From an uncultured Actinomycetes bacterium (GTDB lineage Bacteria; Actinomycetota; UBA4738; HRBIN12), in NCBI GenBank assembly GCA_963825685.1, contig CAWGUD010000027.1, positions 130,538 to 154,537 of the forward strand: DNA of 24,000 nt, written 5' to 3'. The position numbers and the translations under genes were made by a program. Of the stretch, positions 9,596-15,552 are shown piece after piece. Positions within the stretch are counted from its first letter, which is position 1. Each line of letters begins with the position of its first letter. The notes beneath the pieces were generated by a model. That model had not been told where the DNA came from. It ran no database searches and saw nothing but the letters and a program-made list of their open reading frames with translations.

Positions 9596-11106
9596 GTGCG
9601 CGCCTCCTGATCGGCCGGGACCCCGGCGCGAGCGAGGTCGGCCTCGAGTCCCGGCGTGTACGCGGGGATCTCGAACACGAAGGTCGCGCCCTCACCGACC
9701 GCGTCCTCGACCCAGATGCGGCCGCCGTGCGCCGTGACGATCGCGTTCGCGATCGCGAGTCCCAGGCCGGTGCCGGGGGAATCCGGGATCGAGGCGCCTC
9801 GGTAGAAGGCCTCGAAGATGCGCTCGCGGTCACCGTCAGGAACGCCGGGCCCCTGATCGGTCACCCGCACGATGACGTGATCGTTCGACGGCGCGACCGA
9901 CAGCCTCACCTCACCTCCGGGCGGCGAGTGGCGTGCGGCGTTCTCGAGCAGGTTCGTCATCACCTGGTCGAGCTGCATCTCGTCGACGGCGACCGGGGGC
10001 ACGTCATCGTCGATGTCGAGCACGATCCGCACGTCGTGCAGGCGCGGCACGAGCCGGGCGACGACGACCTCCGCGATCTCGTCGAGACCGGCCTCGTTGC
10101 GGGCGGGGATCAGGGCGCCCGCCCGGATGCGCGCGAGGTCGAGGATGTTGCCGACCAGTCGGTTCAGCCGGTCGGTCTCCTCGAGGATCGTCGTGAGCAG
10201 CTCCCGTTCCTGCGTCGGATCGTGCTCCACGCTGGGATCGAGCAGGCTCGTGACCCCCGCCTTGATCGACGCGAGCGGCGTGCGGAAGTCGTGGGTCACC
10301 GAACTGAACATCGCCGCGCGCAGCTGGTTCGTCTCGGCATCGAGCTGCGCGAGCCGGGCGCGGGCGTCGAGCCGAGCGCGGTCGAGCGCGGCGGCGGCCT
10401 GCTTCGATGCCGCCTCGAGGAGGAGCTGCTCGTGCGGCCCGAGGGGCCGACGTCCGGCGGGGCGCTCGACCCGCAGCGTGCCGAACGAGACCGGCCCGAC
10501 GACGAGGGGCACCACGCTGTCCGGACCGCCGGGCGTGAGCTCGGAGCGCTCCGCGCGCGCGCGGAGCTGCGTGCCGTCGAGCTCGACGTGCACCTCGGCC
10601 GAGACCAGCCCGAACGGCTCCAGCAGCACGCGCACGAAATCGTCGAGCACCCGGTCGGGCACCTCGCCCGAGACGAACCTCGACGAGAGGTGCCCGAGCA
10701 GGCGTGCCTCGCGCTCACGACGGCTCGCCCGGGCCCGCTCCTCGGCGGCACCCCCGACCAGGATGCCGACGACGAGCGCCACGGTCAGGAACACCACCGC
10801 GGTGACCGCCTCCTCGGTGCCCTCGAGCTGCAGGGCAAGCCCCTGTGCCTCGGACAGGAACACGAGCCCCAGCGACGACAGGATCGCAGCGAGGAGGCCC
10901 GCCCAGAGGCCACCCGCGACCGTCGCGATCACGATCGCCAGCAGGAAGAGCGCGATCGCGGCCGCCGGCCCGTTGCGGGCGAGCGGGATCGAGGCCACGC
11001 CGGCGGCCGCGGGGGCGACCACCGCGATCGCCACCCCGCGGACGCGCAGGCCGGGGAATCGGCGCCGTTCCGGCTCGTTCACTCCCAGATCCATCGTGTT
11101 GGCCAT
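9592..11106 (-). CDS. Sensor histidine kinase, KdpD C-terminal-half type (TM/DUF4118-like + GAF-like + HisKA + HATPase_c), lacking the KdpD N-terminal and Usp domains
   Basis: 504 aa. The H-box FSSVTHDFRTPLASIKAGVTSL is near-identical to that of KdpD in this window (LSAVSHDLRTPLASIKAAASSL). The N, G1 and G2 boxes are present (LLENAARHSP, DQGPGVP, GTGLGLAI). The N-terminus has 3-4 TM helices, and no Walker-A KdpD domain is present. Confidence 0.85.
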   Translation of the reverse strand: MANTMDLGVNEPERRRFPGLRVRGVAIAVVAPAAAGVASIPLARNGPAAAIALFLLAIVIATVAGGLWAGLLAAILSSLGLVFLSEAQGLALQLEGTEEAVTAVVFLTVALVVGILVGGAAEERARASRREREARLLGHLSSRFVSGEVPDRVLDDFVRVLLEPFGLVSAEVHVELDGTQLRARAERSELTPGGPDSVVPLVVGPVSFGTLRVERPAGRRPLGPHEQLLLEAASKQAAAALDRARLDARARLAQLDAETNQLRAAMFSSVTHDFRTPLASIKAGVTSLLDPSVEHDPTQERELLTTILEETDRLNRLVGNILDLARIRAGALIPARNEAGLDEIAEVVVARLVPRLHDVRIVLDIDDDVPPVAVDEMQLDQVMTNLLENAARHSPPGGEVRLSVAPSNDHVIVRVTDQGPGVPDGDRERIFEAFYRGASIPDSPGTGLGLAIANAIVTAHGGRIWVEDAVGEGATFVFEIPAYTPGLEADLARAGVPADQEART

Positions 11107-11134
11107 CGTGCCATGCGTATCGGCACGGATCCGT

Positions 11135-11184
11135 CTTCACGTGATCTTCACGCCACGGCGCCGTTCCTTCACGCCACCCTCACA
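11135..11184. promoter_or_regulatory. Array of four phased 7-bp direct repeats (two pho-box-like 7+4+7 units); candidate response-regulator operator upstream of the kinase/regulator/permease operon
   Basis: Plus strand reads CTTCACG-tgat-CTTCACG (11135-11152) and CTTCACG-ccac-CCTCACA (11167-11184). Repeat starts are at 11135, 11146, 11167 and 11178, spaced 11/21/11. The array lies 29-78 nt upstream of the kinase ATG (11106). On the operon-sense strand the repeat reads CGTGAAG. Confidence 0.4.
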
Positions 11185-11306
11185 GACCGAGGACGATGCT
11201 CTGGGCAGGAGTAGAACGTCCTCCGAACCAAGCCCGGAGGCCGGACGGCGCCCTCCAGCCCGCCCGACCTCCGGGCCCCGTCCTTTCCGGACCCCTCCCC
11301 CGCCGG

Positions 11307-11322
11307 TGTGAACGACTTCACA
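11307..11322. promoter_or_regulatory. Perfect CRP/GlxR-type palindrome TGTGA-N6-TCACA
   Basis: The sequence is TGTGAacgactTCACA at 11307-11322, in the 314-bp divergent intergenic region. An extra TGTGA half-site lies at 11330-11334. A Crp-family regulator gene lies 540 bp away. Confidence 0.55.
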
Positions 11323-11420
11323 GCGTTCCTGTGACCCACGCCGCCCACCTTCCGACGGCCCACGCCTACGGTCGGACCGAGGGCTGCGAGGTGAGCAGCC
11401 ACCGAGCGGAGGGAGAGGTC

Positions 11421-11792
11421 ATGAGCGCCACCGAGGTGCAGCACCCGAGCGGATCGGCCCACACGGGAACGCCCTGGTCGTGGGTGGGAGTCGCCGCCGT
11501 GATGGTGTTGATCTCACGGTGTTGTCGATCGGGCTGGCTCGCAACGTCGGGAGAGACGACGCGTCCGGGCGGTGGTGAGACGGCACCGGTCACCGAGATC
11601 CAGATCGAGGTGCCGGCGAAGGACCTCGTCCTGCACGGCCGCGGACTCGTGGACATGCCGGACCAGGTCGCAGTCGCCAAAGGTGCCGCAGCCGCGACGA
11701 AGTCGACCGCGAACGAGACGTCGGGCGCAGGAGCGGGGATCGCAGCGAAGGCGACGTGCCCTGAGCAGCTCGCCCTGAAGCTCTTCTGCTGA
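11421..11792 (+). CDS. Hypothetical small protein (123 aa) with one N-terminal hydrophobic segment
   Basis: Internal ATG of ORF 11196..11792, preceded by GGAGGGAGAGG. Third-codon-position GC is high throughout. The hydrophobic stretch is PWSWVGVAAVMVLI. A strong hairpin follows 18 nt after the stop. I recognise no family. Confidence 0.45.
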   Translation: MSATEVQHPSGSAHTGTPWSWVGVAAVMVLISRCCRSGWLATSGETTRPGGGETAPVTEIQIEVPAKDLVLHGRGLVDMPDQVAVAKGAAAATKSTANETSGAGAGIAAKATCPEQLALKLFC

Positions 11793-11809
11793 CTCCCGCG
11801 AGTCGCGCA

Positions 11810-11841
11810 CGACGGATCCGGCCGACAGGCCGGATCCGTCG
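11810..11841. terminator. Bidirectional intrinsic-terminator-like hairpin between convergent genes
   Basis: A perfect 14-bp stem (c)GACGGATCCGGCC-gaca-GGCCGGATCCGTC(g) sits 18 nt after the stop at 11792 and 20 nt after the minus-strand stop at 11862. It has no U-tract, which is common for actinobacterial terminators. Confidence 0.6.
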
Positions 11842-11861
11842 CGTGTCGAGGGGCCCGGACC

Positions 11862-12554
11862 TCACCCGTCCGAGAGTCGCTCGAGGGCCTCGGGGTCCAG
11901 CAGCAGGTATCGCCGACCGTCGCGCCGGACGATGCCGCGCCGACCGAACTCGGACAGCGTCTTCGACACGCTCTCGCGCGTCACCCCGCACAGGCTCGCG
12001 AGGTCTGCCTGCGAGATCGGTGGCACCGCCGGCACACCGTCGGGTCCATCGTCCCTCGCGAGCTGCAGCAGCCGCTTCGCGAGGCGGCCCTTGAGGTCGA
12101 GCCACACGAGGTCGTCCGCGCTCGTCTCCTTCGCGATCACCTGTCTCGCGAGCGTCCGCAACAGACCGATCGCGAGCGTCGGCACCTCGCTCGCCAGCGA
12201 GATGAACGCCTCCCGCTCGAGGACCCAGATGCGTGCGTCCTCGAGGCACAGGACCGAGGCGGTTCGCTCGGTTTCGGCGAAGACCCCAAGCTCGCCGAAG
12301 AGCCGCACGGATTCCAGCCGGCCCTGCAGCTGCGAGCCCGAGGACGGCGACGACGTGGCGATCTCCAGTCGCCCTTCGAGGAGCATGAACACCTCCGACG
12401 ACGGGTCTCCCTGCATCGTGACGTACGTGCCGGCCCGATAGGCGCGGATCCGCCCCGTCGCCACGACCCGGGCGAGCGTGTCGTCCGGGATGCCGGCGAA
12501 GAGCTCATGCCGGCGCATCGCCCGCATCGCGCGGTCCGTGTCTCGGGTGCTCAT
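11862..12554 (-). CDS. Crp/Fnr-family cyclic-nucleotide-binding transcriptional regulator
   Basis: Lies within ORF 11862..12620. The start was set at ATG 12554, preceded by GAGGAGGTGG. The cNMP pocket is FGELGVFAETERTASV (compare CAP GELGLFEEGQERSAWV). The HTH is ISQADLASLCGVTRESVSKTLSEF, and its RE..K recognition residues resemble M. tuberculosis Crp SRETVNK. Confidence 0.85.
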   Translation of the reverse strand: MSTRDTDRAMRAMRRHELFAGIPDDTLARVVATGRIRAYRAGTYVTMQGDPSSEVFMLLEGRLEIATSSPSSGSQLQGRLESVRLFGELGVFAETERTASVLCLEDARIWVLEREAFISLASEVPTLAIGLLRTLARQVIAKETSADDLVWLDLKGRLAKRLLQLARDDGPDGVPAVPPISQADLASLCGVTRESVSKTLSEFGRRGIVRRDGRRYLLLDPEALERLSDG

Positions 12555-12658
12555 GCCACCTCCTCGGATGACCCATCGTCGCTCGCGACGGGCCGCGCGT
12601 CGACCCCGCGACACCGGCATGCTGCCGTCGCGCGCGGCGTGGTCTAGGATGCCCCGCG

Positions 12659-13321
12659 ATGCGAGTGATCATCATGGGATGCGGCCGCGTCGGCTCCGAG
12701 CTGTCGAACGAGCTCGTCGACGACGGCCACGACGTCACCGTGATCGACAAGAATCCCGAGGCCTTCTTCCGCTACCCGCCGGGCGACGGTGCGACGACCG
12801 TCGTCGGGCTAGGGTTCGACCGCGACGTGCTGGCGGAGGCGGGCATCGAGGAGGCTGACGCCTTCGTCGCGGTCTCCAGTGGGGACAACTCGAACATCGT
12901 CTCGGCTCGCGTCGCGCTCGAGAACTTCCATGTGCCCAAGGTCGTGGCGCGTATCTACGACCCCCGGCGTGCCGACATCTATGAGCGGCTCAACATCCCG
13001 ACCGTCGCCACCACGAGGTGGGGCGTGAAGCAGATCCAGCTGATGCTGTTCCACGACCGCCAGGAGATCCGCGAGACGCTGGGCGGTGGCGAGCTGCTGC
13101 GCATGCGCATGCCGGTGGGACCCCACATGGTCGGCAAGCCCGCGACCTCCTTCGACGTGCCGGGCAAGATCCTGATCGCCGGGGTATCGCGCGGAGGCGG
13201 CGGCTTCTTGCCCACCCCGGAGAGCACCTTGCAGGCGGGGGACTACCTCGTGGTGATGCTCACGAAGGACGGCATGGACACGCTCGACGAGGTCTTCGAG
13301 CCGGCCGGGGAGCACCACTGA
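12659..13321 (+). CDS. trkA: TrkA-family K+ uptake regulatory protein (RCK: TrkA_N + TrkA_C), CeoB-like
   Basis: 220 aa with a Rossmann motif (MRVIIMGCGRVGSELSNELVDDGHDVTVID) and a C-terminal TrkA_C-like region (LLRMRMP..HMVGKP..FDVPGKILIAGVSRGG...LQAGDYLVV). Confidence 0.9.
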   Translation: MRVIIMGCGRVGSELSNELVDDGHDVTVIDKNPEAFFRYPPGDGATTVVGLGFDRDVLAEAGIEEADAFVAVSSGDNSNIVSARVALENFHVPKVVARIYDPRRADIYERLNIPTVATTRWGVKQIQLMLFHDRQEIRETLGGGELLRMRMPVGPHMVGKPATSFDVPGKILIAGVSRGGGGFLPTPESTLQAGDYLVVMLTKDGMDTLDEVFEPAGEHH

Positions 13322-14041
13322 TGCGGGTCGTCGTCACGGGCGGCGGCGCCGTGGGTCGGCACCTCTCGGTCGACCTGGTCGAGCGCGGCCACGAGGTCAC
13401 CCTGATCGAGCAGGATCGCGGACTCGTCGAGAAGCTCCGGGCGTGGGCGCCGGGGGTGACCGTGATGCACGGTGACGCGTGCGAGCCCACGGTGCTCGAG
13501 GAGGCAGAGCTCTCGGCCACCGACGTGCTCGTGGCGGCCACCGGCGACGACGAGGACAACCTCGTGACCTCGTTGCTCGCGAAGCAGGAGTTCGCGGTGC
13601 CGCGCACGCTGGCCCGCGTGAACCACCCGAAGAACGAGTGGCTGTTCACCGATCAGTGGGGGGTCGACGCCGCCGTCTCGCCGCCGCACATCCTCACCGC
13701 GATGGTCGAGGAAGCCGTCACGGTCGGCGACCTCGTGCGGTTGATCCGCCTCGGGAGCGGTCAGGTCTCGATCGTCGAGATGACCCTCCCCGAAGGGTCG
13801 ACGTCGGTCGGCCGTGCGGTCTACGAGCTGCGCCTGCCCGCCGACTCCGTCGATCGTGGCGATCCTTCGTGAGGGCCACGTCGTGATCCCGCAACCGGAG
13901 ACCGTGCTCGCGGCCGGCGACGAGGTGCTCGCCCTCGCGTCCGGTGCCGTCGAGCGGGATCTGCGCGACGCCGTCGTGGGCGCGGACATGCCCGGCGGGG
14001 TGCCGACCGACGCGATCGACGGCGCCAGCGGCGTCGAGTAG
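13321..14041 (+). pseudogene. trkA: Second TrkA-family RCK protein (CeoC-like), interrupted by a single extra base near 13849-13852
   Basis: Frame 1 (13321->) reads MRVVVTGGGAVGRHLSVDLVERGHEVTLIEQD...VGRAVYELRLPADS and stops at 13872. The next frame (ORF 13814..14041) continues IVAILREGHVVIPQPETVLAAGDEVLALA. Total length is 721 nt, i.e. 240 codons plus 1 base. The ATG overlaps the trkA1 stop (TGATG). Confidence 0.8.
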
Positions 14042-14869
14042 TCAGCCGTCGGCGGTGGTCGCGGCGGCGATCGCCGCTCGCAGCGCTCGGTCTCGTTCGA
14101 GCAGCAAGGCGAGCTGGTTCCCGAACGCCTCCAGGATGCGTCGCTCCGAGGCGCTGAGTGGTTCGCGGACTCCGCGCATCACCAACAGCCCCAGGTTGCG
14201 GCGCCCCACGTTGAGGGGGAGCCGCTCCACGCCCTCCCCACCGCTGGGCGGCACGGCGCCGGGTTCCGTTCCCACCGTCGCCTGCTCCACGAGCCCGCGA
14301 TCGGAACCCTCCTGCACGTACAGGGCGCCGTCCAGGAACCCGAACGACGCCACCACGACCCGCAGCACGCCCTCGTACGGCCGAGGTCCTGGTTGGGGCT
14401 CGACCAGCAGGCGGCTGAGGTCCTGCTGCCTGCGGAGCTCCTCGGCGCGGGCCTCCGCAGCCCGCGCCCGTGCGTCGGCGCGGGCGACGAGCACGGAGAT
14501 CAGCACCGACAGCCCCAGGAAGACGAACAGCACGATCACGTCGTGCGACTTGCCGATCACGAACGTCTCGTACGGGGGTAGGAAGAAGAAGTTGAAGACG
14601 GCGAACCCGAGCACACTCGCCACGATGCCCGGGCCGAGCCCACCCAGGCCGACGCACGCGACGACCAGCACGAGGAAGCCGAACCCCGTCGCGACCGGGT
14701 CGACCCGCTCGCGGATCGCCGGCGCAGCGAGCACGATCGCCGCCGTTCCGGCGACCGCGAGCACGTACGCCGCCGCGACCCGGCCGGAGACCTGGATGCG
14801 CGGACGACGTTGGGGCGGTGTGCCGACCTCGTGCCGGTCGGGCCGATCAGGTGCCTGAGATGCCGTCAT
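14042..14869 (-). CDS. Kinase-less KdpD-like sensor core (DUF4118 transmembrane domain + GAF-like domain)
   Basis: Internal ATG 14869 of ORF 14042..15088, overlapping the kdpE stop (ATGA). It has four TM helices with the DUF4118 hallmark FAVFNFFFLPPYETFVI, then a coiled segment and a GAF-like region (VLRVVVASFGFLDGALYV...LLVMRG...ERRILEAFGNQLALLLERDRA). It ends where the HisKA helix would begin. Confidence 0.75.
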   Translation of the reverse strand: MTASQAPDRPDRHEVGTPPQRRPRIQVSGRVAAAYVLAVAGTAAIVLAAPAIRERVDPVATGFGFLVLVVACVGLGGLGPGIVASVLGFAVFNFFFLPPYETFVIGKSHDVIVLFVFLGLSVLISVLVARADARARAAEARAEELRRQQDLSRLLVEPQPGPRPYEGVLRVVVASFGFLDGALYVQEGSDRGLVEQATVGTEPGAVPPSGGEGVERLPLNVGRRNLGLLVMRGVREPLSASERRILEAFGNQLALLLERDRALRAAIAAATTADG

Positions 14870-15552
14870 GGGGTTCCCTCCGGCTCGAACCGGTACCCCA
14901 TGCCGGGCTCGGTGATGAAGAACCGAGGTCGCGCCGGGTCGGGCTCGAGCTTGCGTCGGATCTGCGCCATGTACACACGCAGGTAGTTCGTCTCGTCGTG
15001 GTACTGCGGCCCCCACACCTCCTGCAGCAGCTGTCGTTGCGTCACGAGCTTGCCCGGGTTGCGGACCAGGATCTCCACGACGTGCCACTCGGTCGGCGTG
15101 AGCCGCACCTCACCCTCGGCGGTGCGCACCCGCGCCGCACCGAGGTCGACCGTGAAGGCGTCGGTCGTGACTTCTGGTTCCTCGTCCGTCGGACGCAGCC
15201 GCCGTTCGGCGGCTCGCAGCCGCGCGAGGAGCTCGTCCATGCCGAAGGGCTTCGTCACGTAGTCGTCGGCGCCGGCGTCGAGGGCACGGACCTTGTCCGG
15301 CTCCTGGTCACGGGCCGAGAGCACGAGGATCGGCATGCGGCTCCATGCCCTGATGCCCTCGATCACGTCGACCCCGTCGATCCCGGGCAAGCCGAGATCG
15401 ACGATCGCCACATCGGGACGTTCACGGGCGGCGATCGCGAGGGCCTCCTCGCCATCGGGGGCGGTCACCACGTCGTACCCACGGGCGCGCAGGTTCGTGC
15501 GGAGCCCGCGCACGATCTGGGGCTCGTCGTCGACCACCAGCACCCGGGTCAT
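14866..15552 (-). CDS. kdpE: Response regulator KdpE
   Basis: 228 aa with motifs LSARDQEPDKVRALDAGADDYVTKPFGMDELLAR and LTPTEWHVVEILVRNPGKLVTQRQLLQEVWGPQY..ETNYLRVYMAQIRRKLE. Its ATG overlaps the kdpD stop. Confidence 0.92.
   Translation of the reverse strand: MTRVLVVDDEPQIVRGLRTNLRARGYDVVTAPDGEEALAIAARERPDVAIVDLGLPGIDGVDVIEGIRAWSRMPILVLSARDQEPDKVRALDAGADDYVTKPFGMDELLARLRAAERRLRPTDEEPEVTTDAFTVDLGAARVRTAEGEVRLTPTEWHVVEILVRNPGKLVTQRQLLQEVWGPQYHDETNYLRVYMAQIRRKLEPDPARPRFFITEPGMGYRFEPEGTP

Noticed and set aside
11169-11680. Minus-strand ORFs 11169..11462 and 11366..11680 in the divergent intergenic and small-ORF region
   Set aside because: They have no SD sequence and poor third-position GC bias, and their sequences are Pro/Arg/Ser-rich. 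They overlap the better-supported plus-strand ORF and the regulatory region.
11126-11840. 10-mer CGGATCCGTC present at 11126-11135 and 11831-11840 (also inverted at 11811-11820), flanking the CRP box and small ORF like a target-site duplication
   Set aside because: Many 10-mer coincidences are expected in 24 kb of biased composition. One copy is simply an arm of the terminator hairpin. There is no transposase, and there are no inverted terminal repeats.
14064-14077. Palindrome GCGGCGATCGCCGC just inside the 3' end of the sensor-core gene, as a possible trkA2 terminator
   Set aside because: It lies in an Ala-rich coding stretch (AAIAAAT), where such GCN-based palindromes arise by chance. The stem is short, there is no loop, and there is no U-tract.
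14870-15088. N-terminal 73-codon extension of ORF 14042..15088, with analogous extensions at 12555..12620 for the Crp-like gene and 1704..1862 for the DedA gene
   Set aside because: The extensions overlap the well-supported kdpE coding sequence or lack coding character. The internal starts are supported by stop-start overlap (ATGA), strong SD sequences and family-typical N-termini.
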